NCBI RefSeq assembly: GCF_009914755.1
Contig: NC_060928.1
Origin: the human T2T-CHM13v2.0 reference genome, Homo sapiens
Direction: 5' to 3' (one strand)
DNA: 64,000 bases
Part shown: positions 19,903-34,469 of the stretch, piece after piece
How positions within the stretch are numbered: position 1 is the first letter of the stretch
How the letters are laid out: each line of letters starts with the position of its first letter
Program-made: the position numbers and the translations under genes
The notes under the pieces: generated by a model
The model's input: only the letters and a program-made list of their open reading frames with translations
Told to the model about the DNA's origin: nothing
Database searches by the model: none

Positions 19903-20196
19903 GGCTGACTGCAGTGGCTCATGCTTATAATCCTAGCATTTTGGGAGGCTGAGGTGGGCAGATTGCTTGAGCCCCAGGAGTTTGAAACAAGCCTGGGAAG
20001 CAAAGAGAGACCCTATCCCTACAAAAAAATACAAAATTACCCAGGTGTGGTGACATGCACCTGTAGTCCCAGCTACTTAAGAGACTGAGGTGGGATCATT
20101 TGAGCCCAGGATGCAGAGGTTGCAGTGAGCTGAGATTGTACTACTGCACTCCAGCTGGGGAGATAGATAGAGCAAGAGTGTACCTTAAAAAAACAA
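19903..20196 (+). mobile_element. AluJ-type SINE
   Basis: Dimeric Alu with J-type 'gattgcttgagccccaggagtttga'; TSD aaaagctaaggga / aaaagctacggga. Confidence 0.9.
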
Positions 20197-22785
20197 AAAA
20201 GCTACGGGAATCTGATAGCAGTAGACCTGTTTTACAAGAGCTCCTAAAGGAAGTGCTAAACATGGAAATGAAAGAGCAATATTTGTCACCATAAAAACAC
20301 ACTTAAGAACATACCCCATTGACACTATAATGCAACTATACAATTAAGTCTACATAACAACCAGCTAAAAGCGTGATGATAAGACCAAATCCTCACATAG
20401 CAATATCGACCATGAATGTAAACAGGCTAAATGCCTCGATTAAATGGTATAGAGTGTCAAGGCGGATAAAGAAGCAAGACCCAAATGTTTGCTGTCTTCA
20501 AGAGATCCATCTCAGAAGTAACAGCAATAGGCTTAAAGTAAAGGAATGGAGAAAGATTGATTAGGTAAATAGAAAACAGAAACAGCAGGGGTTGCTATTC
20601 TTATACCAGACAAACAAACATTAAAGCAACAACAATCGAACAAAGAAAAATATTACATAATAATAAGGGGCTCAATCCATCAAGAAGACTTAACTATTCT
20701 AAATATATACATACCCAAAATTAGAGTTCCCAGATCCATAAAAAAGGTTCTTAGAGATCTATGAGGAAATACAGACAAACACACGATAACAATGGGAGAT
20801 TTCAACACCACCTTGACAGTGTTACATCATCAAGGCAGAAAACTAACAAATATTTTCTGGACTTAAACTCAATACTTGACCAATTAGACCTAATAGACAC
20901 TACAGAACACTCCATCCAACAACAGAATACATATTCTTCTCATCTGCACATGGCACATACTTTAAGATCAATGACATGCTAAACCATAAAGAAAGTTTCA
21001 ACAAATTAAAAAAATTGAAATCATACCAAACACATTCTCAGACCACAGCATAGTAAAAACAGCAATCAATACTAAGATCTATTAAAACCATACAATTACA
21101 TGTTAACCTACTCTTGAATGACTTTTGGGTAAATAACAAAATTAAGGCAGAAATCAAAACATTATTTGAAATGAATGAAAACAGACACAACATACCAGTT
21201 TGGGACACAGTTACAGTTGCATTAAGAGGAAGATTCATAGCACTAAACTCCTACGTGAAGAAGTTAGAAAGCTCTCAAATTAACAATCTTGCATTATACC
21301 TCGAGGAACTATAAAAATAGGAACAAACCAAACCCAAAGCTAGCAGAAGAAAAGAAATAACCAAAATCAGAGCTGAACTGAATAAAACTGAGATGCGAAA
21401 ATCCAGACAAAGTATCAATGCCCCCAAAAGTTGGTTCTTCAAAAGATGAAACAAGATTGAAACTGCTAATTAATTAGATTAATAAAGAAAAAAGAAGATC
21501 CAAATAAACCCAATCTGAAGTGACAAAGGTGACATTTCAACCAACCCTACAAAAATACAAAAGTTCACCAGAGAATATTATGAACACCTCTATGCACACA
21601 ATTAGGAAATCTAGAAGACATTGATAAATTCCTGGAAACACATAGCCTTCTAAGATTGAACCAGGAAGAAATTACAATTTGGAACAGACCTATAACAAGT
21701 TCTGATATTGAATCAGTAATAAAAAGCCTACCAACCAAAAAAAGCCCTGAACCAGATGGATTCACAGCCAAATTCTCCCAGACATAAAAAGAAGAGCTGA
21801 TGTCAGTCCTATTCTAACTATTCAAAAAAAAAAAAATCAAGGAGAGGAGATTCTTCTGCAGCTCATTCTATGAAGCCAGCATCATCCTCATACCAAAATC
21901 TGGCAGAGATACAATGAAAAAAGGAAACTTCAGGTCAATATCTCTGATGAACATGCAAAAATCTTCAACAAAATACATGCAAACCAAATCCAGCAGTGCA
22001 TCAAAAAACTAATGCACTAAGATTAAATAGGCCATATTCCTGGGATGCAAGGTTGGCTTAACATATGCAACTAAATAAATATGATTCACTACATAAACAA
22101 AATTAAAAACAAAAACCATGATCATCTCAGTATATGCAGAAAAGGTCTTTAATATATGTGAAAGTCTCAATAAATGTAGAAAAGGTCTTCAATAAAATTA
22201 AACATCCCTTCATGTTAAACATCCTCAACAAATTAGGCATCAAAAAAACATACCTCAAAATAAAAAGAGGCATTTAGGACAAACCCACAGCCAATATCAT
22301 AATAAACAGGCAAAAGCTGGACACATTCTCCTTGAAAACTGGAACAAGACAAGGATGCCTGTTCTCAACATTGGTATTCAACATAGCACTGGAAGTCTTA
22401 GCCAGGGCAATCAGGCAAGAGAAAGAAAGAAAAGAGATCGAATAGGAAAAGAGGAAGTCAAATAATCTTTCTTCACAGATGATATGATTGTATACCTAGA
22501 AAACCCTAGAGATGCTGCCAATAGGCTTTTATAACCAATAAGCAATTTCAGGACACAAAATAAATGTACAAAAATAAGTAGCATTTCTATATATCATTAG
22601 CATTCAAGCTGAGAGGCAAATCAAGGACATAAATCCATTTACAATAGCCACAAACAAAAATATCTAGGAATATATCTAACTAAGAAGGTGAAAGATCTCT
22701 ACCAGGAGAGTTATGAGACACTGGTGAAAGAAATTATAGACAATATAAACAAATGGAAAAATGTTCCATGCTCATGAAAAGGAAG

Positions 22786-23153
22786 TGTATTAGTCTGTTC
22801 TTGCATTGTTATAAATAATTGCCTGAGACTGGGTATTCATAAAGAAAAAAAGTTTCATTGGCTCACAGTTCTGCAGGCTATACAGGAAGCATGGCTGAGG
22901 AAGCTTCAGGAAATGTACAATCATGATGGAAGGTGAGGAGGAAGCAGGCGCATCGTACATGGCTGCAGCAGGAGGAAGACAACAAAGAGAGAGGTGCTAC
23001 ACACTTTTAAAACAACCAGATCTTCTAAGAACTCACTATCACAAGAATAACAAGCAGAAAATCCACCTCCATGATCAAATCACCTCCCACCAGGCCCCTC
23101 CTCTAACAATTCGACATGAGATTTGGCTGGGAACACAAATTCAAACCATATTG
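22786..23153 (-). mobile_element. THE1 (THE1D-like) MaLR solo LTR
   Basis: tgtattagtctg...aaaccatattg, 368 bp, 5-bp TSD GGAAG at 22781-22785 and 23154-23158, inside L1 ORF2. Confidence 0.9.
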
Positions 23154-23799
23154 GGAAGAGTTAAGATTGATAAAATGGCCATACTGCCCAAAGCAATCTA
23201 CAGATTCAACATTATTCCTGTGAAACTACCAATGTCATTTATGACAGAATTAGAAAAAGCTATTCTAAAGTTGGCATGAACCAAAAAAAAAAAAGTCCAA
23301 ATCATCAAAGTAATCCTAAGCAAAACAAAGAGCCATCACACTTCCTGACTTCAAATTATACTACAAGGCTATAGTAACCCAAACAGCATGATACTGGTAC
23401 AGAAACAGACATAGACTCATGGAAAAGGATAGAGAAACCAGAAAGAAAGCCAGATACTGACAACCAGTTGATCTTTGACAAAGTCAACTATAATACATAA
23501 TGGGGAAAGGACTCTCTATTCAATAAATAGTGCTGGGACATTCTAGCCAAATGCAGAAGATTGAAACTGGATCCCCTCCTTTTACCATATACAAAAACTG
23601 ACTCCAGATGGATTAAAGACTTAAATGTAAGACCGAAAGCAATCAAAACCCTAGAAGAAAACCTTGGCAATACCATTCTGGGCAGTGGCCAGGAAAGGAT
23701 TTATGACTAATTCCTCAAAAGCTATTGCAACAAAAGCAAAAATTGACAAATGGGACCTAATTAAACTGAAGAGCTTCTGCACAACCAAATATTTAAATA

Positions 23800-24752
23800 T
23801 CATCAGAGTGTACAGACAACCTACAAAATGGAAGAAAATTTTTGCAATCTATCCATCTGACAAAGGTCTAATATCCAGAGACTATAAGGAACTTAAAACA
23901 AATTCACAATTAAAAAAAAACCCATTAGAAAGTGGACAAAAAACATGAACAGATACCTCTCAAAAGAAGAAATTCACACAGCCAACGAACGTAAGGAAGA
24001 AAGCTCAACATCACTGATCATTAGAGAAATGCAAATTAAAACCTCAATGAGATACCATCTCATGCCAGTCAGAATGGAGATTATTAAAAAGTCAAACAAC
24101 ATATGCTGGCAAGGTTGCAGAGAAAAAGGAACACTTTTACACATTGGTGTTAGTGTAAGTTAGTTGAACCATTGTGGAACTAACTGGAATTGCCATCAGT
24201 ATGGCGATTCCTCAAAGATCTAGAAGCAAAAATACCATTTGACCCAGCAATCCTATTACTTGGTATATGCCCAAAGGAATATAAATCATTCTGTTATAAA
24301 GATACATGTGCATATATATTCACTGCAGCACTATTCACAATAGCAAAGACATGGAATCAACCTTAATGCACATCAATGATAGACTGGTAGTACATATACA
24401 CCATGGAATACTATGCAGCCATAAAAAGGAATGAGATCATGTCCTTTGCAGGGACATGGAAGGAGTTGGAAGCTGTTATCCTCAGCAAACTAATGCAGGC
24501 ACAGAAAACCAAATATGTTCTCACTTACAAGTGGGAGCTGAACGATGGGAACACACGGCCACATGGTGGTGAGGGGAACAACACACACTGGGGCCTGTTG
24601 GGGGAGCTGGGGGAGGGAGAGCATCAGGAAGAATAGCTAATGGATGCTGGGCTTAATACCTAGGTGATGGATTGATCTATGCAGGAAACAACGATGGCAC
24701 ACACTTACCTGTGTAACAAACCTGCACATCCTGTATGTAACCTGGAACTTAA
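23800..24752 (+). mobile_element. L1PA11-13-like 3' segment within the older L1
   Basis: 3' UTR 'ggagagcatcaggaagaatagctaatggatgctgggcttaatacctaggtgatgg' differs from the downstream L1PA15/16-type 3' UTR; left boundary uncertain. Confidence 0.65.
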
Positions 24753-25743
24753 TCTACAGAATGGGAGAATATATTTGCAAACTATGCCTCCAACAAAGGT
24801 CTAGTATCCAGAATCTATAAGAAACTTAAATCAAAAAGCAAAAAACAAATATCCCAGTTTTAAAACTGGCAAAAGACATGAACAAATACATCTCAAAATA
24901 AGAAATATATGCCACTAACAAATATATGAAAAAATGCTCATCATCACTAATCGTCAGTGAAATGCAAATCAAAACCACAATGAGATACCATCTCACATCA
25001 GTCAAAATGGCTATTACCAAAATGTCAAAACACAAGAAATGCTGGTGAGGTTGCATAGAAAAGGGAGCACTTATACACTGCTGGTGGAAATGTAAATCAG
25101 TTCAGTCATTGTGAAAAGCAGTGTGGAGATTTCTCAGAGAACTTAAAACTACCATTTGACCTAGCAATCCTACTATATGATATATACCCAAAGGATAATA
25201 AATTCTTCTGCCAAAAATACATATGCATGTGGATATATATTGTAGCACTATTCACAATAGCAAAGACATGGAGTCAACAAAGATGCCCATCAACAGTGGA
25301 CTGAATAGTACATATATACCATGGAATACCATGCAGCCACAGAAAGAATGAAGTCATATCTTTTGCAGAAACATGGAAGCAGCTGGACGCCATTATCCTA
25401 AGTGAACTAATGCAGGAACAGAAAACCAAACGCTACATGTTGTCACTTATAAGTGGGAGCTAAACAATGGGTACTCATGGACACACAGAAGGGAATAATA
25501 GATATTAAAGACTGCTTGAGGAAGAATGGTGGGGAGAGAGACATGGTTTTTAGGGCTACCTGTCAGGTACTATGCTCACTACACAGGATGAGGGGGTCAT
25601 TTGTACACGAAGGATCAGCAACATAAAATTTATTAACAAACCTGTACATGTACCTCTAGAACTTCAACTTAAAAAAATAGAAAAAAAAATAGAAAAAAAT
25701 AAAAATACTTGAGACTGGGTAATTTATAAAGAAAAGAAGTTCA

Positions 25744-28700
25744 GGGGGCAGGGCCAAGATGGCTGACTAGAAGCAGCAGCATTCCGAGGCTCGCATAGGA
25801 AAGAAACCATAATAAGCCTGTGAATCCTTCACTGGCAACCAAGGTATCCAGGTTCTCTCATCAAAATTGACTAGAAGGCTGGCATGACTGACTGAGAGAA
25901 GGAAGAGCAGTGTGGTGTGGCGGTCCACCTGTGATCCACACAGGGAAGGGGAACTTCCCTCAAGCCAAGGGAGGCAGTGAGTGAGCACACTACCCAGCCA
26001 GGGGAAACTGTGCTTTTCAAATTGAACTGTGCAACCCATGGATTGGAAGATACACTTGCGAACCCATTCCACCAGGGCCTAGCGTCCCAACCCTAGAATG
26101 TGCAGATTCTCACAGCCTCTCAGCTGGAATCTGCTTAAGCCCACCTAACTCTTGCGGGGAGAGGCGACCAGCACTGGCTGCGGCTACCTGCTGTCTAAGC
26201 CATTTGAGCTCCTTGGGGAAGGGGCAGCAGCCAGCCCTGGGACTAGCAACTACCTAACACTCTAAGCTCCCTGGGCAGGGGAAGCGTGGCACCCATTTGT
26301 ATAGCTCCAGGCTGGGCTTTTTCCCTGCTGGAGCAAGGGAGGCTGGACCACTTGGTCCCAAGACTTGTCCCCACAGCCCAAAACACCGGCTGTGGCAGTC
26401 TGCGGCCAAAGTGCCTTTTCAGGTCTAACCCTGACCCACCTTCCTCAGTGGGCGGGGCTTCCCTGAACAATCTCCAATAACTCCAGCCAGAGGCTCAGGG
26501 ACAGAATTCAGATCTCCCTGGGCCAGAGCCCCTGGGGGATCGGGGAGGTGGCCTCAGTCTCTGCAGACCAGCCAACTTAGCCTCTCCTCCTGGTAGTTCT
26601 GAGGAATCCAGGCAGCTCAGACGAGTGGGTTTCCCCCCAGTGAAACACACCCTCTAGAACAAGGAATAAAGTACTTCATTAAACAGGTCCTGCTCCCTGT
26701 GCCACCCAACTGGGTGAGACCATCCAACAGGGGTTATCAGACACCTTATACAGGAGTGATCCTACTGGCATCAGGTTGGTGCCCCTCAAGGTCAGAGGTC
26801 CCAGAAGATGGAGCAGGCACCCATCTTTGCTGGTCTCCAGCCTCCTTGAGTGACATCTCCAGGCACAGGAGCAAATAAGATGAATAGGGAAGTGAACCCC
26901 CAGGAAACTGCAGCAGCCCTACAGAAGAGGGACTTGACTATTGAAACAAAAACAAGTACAAAGTGACAACAGCACCAAAAACAACAAAAAGACCCCCATA
27001 AAAACCCCATGCAAGGGTCAGCAGCCTCAAAGACCAAAACTAGACAAACTCATGAAGATGGGAAAGAATCAACAAAAAAATGCTGAAAACCCCAAAAGCC
27101 AGAGTGCCTCCTCTCCTCCAAATGATCGCAGTGTCTCTCCAAGGTGCAGAACTGGATGGAGGATCAAATGGACAAAGTGACAGAAGAAGGCTCCAGAAGA
27201 TGGGTAATAAAAAACTATGACGAGGTAAAGGAACATGTTCTAACCCAATGCAAAGAAGCTAAGAAGACTGATGAAAGGTTAGAGGAATTGCTAACTAGAA
27301 TAACTAGTGTAGAGAGGAACATAAACGACCTGAAGGGGCTGGAAAACACAGCATGAGAACTTTGTGAAGAATACATGAGTATCAACAGCCAAACTGACCA
27401 CATGGAAGAAAGGATATTGGAGTTTGAAGACCACCTTACTGAAATAAGACACAGAGACAAGTATAGAGAAAAAAGAATGAAAAGGAATGAACAAAACCTC
27501 CAAGAAATATGGGACTTAATAAAAAGACTGAACCTATGATCGACCGGAGTACCAGAAGGAGACAGGGAAAATGGAAACAAGCTGGAAAACACACTTCAGG
27601 ATATTAGCCAGGAGAACTTCCCCAACCTAGCAAAACAGACCAACATGCAAATCAGGAAATACAGAGAACACCACCGTTAAGATACTCCACGAGAAGATCA
27701 ACCCCAAGACACATAATCATTAGATTCTCCAAGGTTGAAATGAAGGAAAAACTGTTAAGAGCAGCCAGGGAAAAAGGCCAGGTAACCTACAAAGGGAAGC
27801 CCATCAGACTAACAGCGGACTTCTCAGGAGAAACTCTACAAGCCAGAAGAGACTGGGGGCTAATATTTAACATTCTTAAAGAATTTTCAACCCAGAATCT
27901 CATATCCAGCCAAACTAAGCTTCATAAGCGGAGGAGAGATAAAATCCTTTACAGACAAGCAAATGCTGAGGAATTTCATTACCACCAGGTCAGTCCTGCA
28001 AGAGCTCCTGAAAGAAGCACTAAAAATGGAAAAAACAAAACAAAACAAAACCAGTGCCAGCCACTGCAAAAACACACCAAAAAATAAAGACCAATGACAT
28101 TATGAAGAAACTGCATCAACTAGTATGCAAATTAACCAAATAGCATCATGATGACAGGATCAAATTCACACATAACAATACTACCCTTAAATGTCAATGG
28201 GCTAAATGCCCCAATTAAAAGACACAGACTGGCAAATTGGATAAGGAGTCAAGACCCATTGGTGTGCTGTATTCAGGAGACTCATTTTATGTGCAGACAT
28301 ACACAGGCTCAAAATAAAGGGATGGAGGAAAATTTACCAAGCAAATGGAAAGAAAAACAAAACAAAACAAAACAAAACAAAACAAAACGGGTTGCAATCT
28401 TAGTCGCTGACAAAACAGACTTTAAACCAACAAAGATCATAAAAGACAAAGAAGGGCATTACACAATGGTAAAGGGAACAATTCAGCAAGAAGAGCTATA
28501 TTCTGAATATGTATTCACCCAATATAGGAGCACCCAGATTCATAAAATAAGTTCTTACAGACCTACAAAGAGACATAGACTCTGACACGATAACAGTGGG
28601 AGACTTCAACACCCCACTGTCAGTATTAGATCAATGAGACATAAAATTAAGGATATTCAGGACTTGAACTCAGCTCTGGATCAAGTAAACCTAGTAAACA

Positions 28701-31700
28701 TCTACAGAACTCTCTACTCCAACAGAATATACATTCTTCTCAGTGCCACATGGCACTTATTCTAAAATTCAACCACATAATTGGAAGTAAAACACTCCTC
28801 AGCAAATGCAAAAGAACTGAAATCATAACAGTTTCTCAGAACACAGTTCAATCAAATTAGAACTCAGGATTAAGAAACTCACTCAAAACCACATAGTTTC
28901 ATGGAAATTGAACAACCTGTTCCTTAATGACTCCTGGGTAAATAACAAAATTAAGGCAGAAATCAAGTTCCTTGAAATCAATGAGAACAAAGAGACAATG
29001 CACCAGAATCCCTGAGACACAGTTAAAGAACTGTTAAGAGGGAAGTTTTAGCCCTAAATGTCCACATCAGAAAGCTAAAAAGATCTCAAATCGACACCCT
29101 AACATCACAATTAAAAGAGCAAAAGAGGCAAGAGCAAACTTATCCAAAAGCTAGCAGAAGACAAGAAATAACTAAAAGAAGAATTGAAGGAGATAGAGAC
29201 ATGAAAAACCCTCCAAAAAAATCAATCCAGGAGCTTTTTTTTGAAAAAATTAACAAAATAGACTGTTAACTAGACTAATGAAGAAAAAGAGAGAAGAATC
29301 AAATAGACAGGATAAAAATGATAAACAGGATATAACCATTGATGCCACGGAAATACAAACTACCATCAGAGAATACTATAAACATCTCTATGCAAAGAAA
29401 CTAGAAAATCTAGAAGAAATGGATACATTCTGGGATGCATACACCCTACCAAGACTAAACCAGGAAGAAGTTGAATCCCTGAATATACCAATAACAAGCT
29501 CTGAAACTGAGGCAGTAATTAATAGCCTACCAACCAAAAAAAGCCCAGGACCAGATGGATTCACAGCTGAATTCTACCAGAAATACAAAGAGGAGCTGGT
29601 ACCATTCCTTCTGAAACTATTCCAGACAACTGAAAAGGAGGGACTCCTCCCTAACTAATTTTATGAAGCCAGCATCATCCTGATATCAAAACCGGGAAGA
29701 GACACAACAAACAAAGAAAATCTCATGTCAATATCCCTGATGAACATTGATGAGAAAATCCTCAATAAAATACTGGCAAACCCAATCCAGTGGCACATCA
29801 AAAAACTTATCCATCACGATCAAGTCAGCTTCATCCCTGCGATGTAAAGCTGGCTCAACAGATGCAAATCGATAAATGTAATCCATCACATAAACCAAAC
29901 CAAAGACAAAAATCACATGATTATGTCAACAGATGCAGAAAAGGCCTTTGATAAAATTCAGCATCCATTCATGTTAAAAACTCTCAATAAACTCGGTATT
30001 GATGGAACATATCTCAAAATAATAAGAGTTATTTATGACAAACTCACAGCCAATTTCATATTGAATGGGCAAAAGCTGGAAGCATTCCCTTTAAAAACTG
30101 GTACAATACAAGGATGCCCTCTCTCACCACTCCTATTCAACACAGTATAGGAAGTTCTGGCCAGGGAAATCAGGCAAGAGAAAGAAATAAAGGGTATTCA
30201 AATAGGAAGAGAGGAAGTCAAGTTGTCTCTGTTTGCAGATAACATGATTTTATATTTATAAAACCACATCATCTCAGCCCCAAAACTTCTTGAACTGATA
30301 GGCAACTTCAGTAAAGTCTCAGAATAAAAAATCAATGTGCAAAAATCACAAGCATTCCTTTACACCAACAATAGGCAGGCAGAAAGCTAAATCATGAGTG
30401 AACTCCCATTGAAAATCACTAAAACAGAATAAAATACCTAGGAATACAGCTAACAAGGGATGTGAATGCCTCTTTAAGGAAAACTACAAACCACTGCTCA
30501 AGCAAATAAGACAGGACACAAACAAATGAAAAAACATTCCATCCTCATGGATAGGAAGAATCAATATCATGAAAATGGCCATACTGCCCAAAGTAAGTTA
30601 CAGATTCAGTGCTATTCCCATCACACTACCAGTGACATTCTTCACAGAATTAGAAAAAACTATTTTAAATTTCATATGAAATCAAAGAAGACCCCATATA
30701 GGCAAGACAATCCTAAGCAAACAAGAACAAAATTGGAGGCATCATGCTAGATGACTTCAAACTATACTACATGGCTACAGTGACCAAAACAGCATGGTAT
30801 TTGTACATATAGACCAACGGAGCAGGACCAACATACAGACCAATGGAGCAGAACAGAGATCTCAGAAATAATACCACATGTCTACAACCATCTGATCTTC
30901 AACAAACCTGACAAAAACGAGCAGTGGGGAAAGGATCTCCTATTCAGTAAATGGTGCTGGGAAGACTGGCTAGCCATATGCAGGAAACTGGAACTGGCCT
31001 GGAGCCCTACCTTATGTCTTATACAAAAATTAACTCAAGATGGATTAAAGACTTAAAGGTAAAACCCAAAACCATACAAACCCTAGAAGAAAACCTAGGC
31101 AATAGCATTCACACATAGGCATGGGCAAAGACTTCATGACAAAAATGCCAAAAGCAATTGTAACAAAAGCCAAAATTGACAAATGGGATCTAATTAAACT
31201 GAAGAGCTCCTGCACAGCAAAATAAACTGTCATCAGAGTGAACAGGCAACTACAGAATGGGAGAAAATTCTTGCAATCTACCTATCTGACGAAGGTCTAA
31301 CATCCAGAATTTACAAGGAACTTAAACATATTTACAAGAAAAAAACAAACCATCCCATCAAAAAGTAGGCAAAGCATATATGAACAGCTCCTCCTCAAAA
31401 GAAGACGTTTACACAGTCAACAAACATGAAAAAAAGCTCAACATCACTGGTCATCAGAGCAAATCAAAACCACAATGAGATACTATTTCACGCCAGTCAA
31501 AATGGTGATTATTAAAAAGTCAGGAAACTATAGATGCTGCTGAAGGTGTGGAGAAATAGGAACACTTACACTGTTGGTAGGAATGTAAATTAGTTCAACC
31601 ATTGTAGAAGACAGTATGGTGATTCCTCAAGGATCTAGAACCAGAAAAACCATCTGGACCCAGCAATCCCACTACTGGGTATATACCCAAGGAATAGAAA

Positions 31701-32143
31701 TCATTCTATTATAAAGACACATACTCATGTATATTTATTGCAGCACTATTTATGCCCATCAATGATAGACTGGATAAAGAAAATCTGGAATAAAACTGGA
31801 TAAAGAAAACCATGGAATACTATGAAGCCATAAAAAGGAATGACATCATGTCCTTTGCAGGGACATGGATGAAGCTGGAAGCCATCATCCTCAGCAAACT
31901 AATAGAGGAGCAGAAAACCAAACACCGCATGTTCTCGCTCACAAATGCGAGTTGAACATTGAGAACACATGGACACAGAGAGGGGAACAATACACCCCAT
32001 GGCTGTTGGGTGCTGGTGGGCGAGGGAAGGGATCTTAGAGGACAGGTCAGTAGGTCCAGCAAACCACCATGGCACACATATAACTATGTAACAAACCTGC
32101 ATGTTCTGTACATGTATCCTTTTTTTTTTTAATAGAAGAAATT
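25744..32143 (+). mobile_element. Full-length L1PA8A-like LINE-1 (inactive) inserted in the MSTA 3' LTR
   Basis: 5' 'gggccaagatggctgactagaagcagc', ORF1 (27144-28087) and ORF2 (28148-30150) fragments, 3' end 'catgtatccttttttttttaatagaagaaatt'; degenerate TSD aaagaagttca / aaagaggttta. Confidence 0.9.
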
Positions 32144-34469
32144 AAAGAGGTTTAATTGGCTCATGGTTCTGTAGGCTTTACAGGAAGTGTGGTACCAACA
32201 TCTTCTGGTGAGGCCTCAGGAAGCTTACAATCCTGACAGAAGGCAACAGGGAGTTAGCATGTCACATGGCCAGAGTGGGAACAAGAGAGAGAGGAGGTGG
32301 AGCCAGGCTCCTTTAAACCATCAACTCTCATAACAACTCTCACATGAATTAGCAGAGCAAGAACTCACTTATTACCACTGGGAGGGCACCAAACCATTCA
32401 TGAGCGATCTTCCCCCATAATCCAAACACCTCCTTAAAAGGCTCCACATTGAACATAGGGATTATGTTATCTCATTTGAAATGAGATTTGGAGGGGACAA
32501 ACATCCAAACCACATCATTCTGCCTCTGATCCCCTAAGTCTTATGTCCTCCTCACATATCAGAATACAACCAAGCCTCTGCAATAGTCCACCAAATTCTT
32601 AACCTGCTTCAGCATTAACTCAAGTCTCAAGTGCCAAGTGTCAAGTCTCACGTATCATCTGGAGATGAGTCCATTGATCCTATGAGCCTGTGAGATCAAA
32701 AACAAGTTATTTACTGCCAATATACAATGGTGCTACAGATATTGGGTATGCATTATCATTTGAAAAGGGAGAAATTGGCCAAAAGAGAGGCAATACGCCC
32801 ACACAAGTCTGAAACTCAGCAGGACACTCATTAAATCTTAAAGCTCCAAAACAATCTCCTTTGACATGTCCTACATCCTGGGCAGAATGGTGTGAGATGT
32901 AGGCTATGAAGGCCTTGGACAGGTTTGTCCCTGTGGCTTTCCAAGGTGCAGCCCTCATGGCTGCTGTCACAGGTTGGAGTTGAGTACCTATGGCTTTTCC
33001 ATACTGCGGTTGCAAGCTTCCAATGGCTCTACCAGTCTCAGGTCTGGAGGGTGGCATCCCACTTCCCAAAGCTCCACTAGCCGGTTCCCTGGTGGGGACT
33101 CTGCAGGGGCTCCACTCTACGTTTCCCATTGGCACTGCCCTAGTATAGTTTCTCTGTGGGGGCTCTGCTCCTGTAGTAGGCTTCTGCCTGGGTATCCAGA
33201 CTTCCCCACACGTGCTCTGGAATCCAGGTGGGAGTTGCGAAGCTTCCTTCACATTTGCATTCTGTGCATCTGCAGGCTGAACATCACATGAAAGCTGCCA
33301 GGGATTACGGCTTGCTCCCTCTAGGGTGGCAGCCTGAGCTTTACCTTGGCCCAGTTAAGCTGTGGCCGGAGCCTGAGTGGTCACGATGCAGGGAGCACTG
33401 TCCTGAGGCTGTGCAGGGAAGTGGGGTCCTGGGCCTGACCACTGAAACCATTCTTCTTCCCTAGGCCTCTAGGCCTGTGATGACAAGGGCTGTCCCTAAG
33501 AACTCTGAAATGCCTTCAAGGCCTTTTACCCATTGTCTTGGCTATTAGCACTTGGCTCCCTTTTAGTCACGCTAATCTCTCTAGCAAATGGTTGCTCTGT
33601 AGCCTGCTTGGATTTTTTCTACCATAGGGCTGGGCTACAAGTTTTCCAAATTTTTATGCTCTGCTTCCCTTTTAAATATAACTTTAAGTCTTTTATTTGC
33701 TTCCATATATGACTTAGGGTGTTAGAAGAAGCCATACCACTTCTTGAATGCTTTGCTGCTTAGATTTTTTTTTTCTGCCAGGTATCTTGTCATCATAATT
33801 AAGTTTAAACTCAGATCCCTATGACATGAACACACTGTTGTCAAGTTCTTTGCCAGGGTGTAACATGGGTAATCTTAACTCCAGGTCCCAATAACTCTCT
33901 CATTTCCACCTAAGACTTAATCAGCCTGGACTTTATTGTCCATACAGCTATCAGCATTTTGGTTATAACTATTTAATCAGTCTCTAAGAAGTTTCAAACT
34001 TTTACTCATTTTCCTGTCTTCTTCTGAGCCTTCCAAACTCTTTCAACCTCTGCCTATTACCCAGTTCCAAAGCTGTTTCCACATTTTCAGGTATTTAACA
34101 GCAACACCCCACTCCTGGTACCAATTATCTGTGTTAGTTTGTTCTTGTGTTGCTATAAAGAAGTACCTGAGACTGGGCAATCTATTAAAAAAAGATGGTT
34201 AACTGGCTCACAGTTTTGCAGGTTTTACAGAAAGCATGGTGCTGACATCTATCTCTGATGAAACCTCACAAAGCTTACAATCATGGTGGAAGGTAACAGG
34301 GAGCCAGCATGTCACATGGCATGAGCAGGAACAAGAGAAAGGAGGAAGAGCCAGACTTTTAAACAACGAGCTCTCATGTGAACTAACAGAGTGAGAACTC
34401 ACTTATTACCATGGAGAGGACATCAAGCCATTCACGAAGGATCTGCCCCCATGACCAAACACCTCCCAC

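Larger units (their letters stand above)
19555..25705 (+). mobile_element. 5'-truncated L1PA15/16-like LINE-1, interrupted by AluJ, a THE1 LTR and a second L1 3' segment
   Basis: ORF1 end, EN fragment (20373-20564 TMNVNRLNAS...CCLQEIHL), RT-region sequence, 3' UTR and A-rich tail 25671-25705. Confidence 0.85.

Noticed and set aside
22123-22195. Short imperfect tandem duplications inside L1s (also at about 30805-30850)
   Set aside because: Ordinary slippage decay of dead elements
32707-33464. 181-aa and overlapping ORFs
   Set aside because: Typical relic of the MaLR (MSTA) internal region
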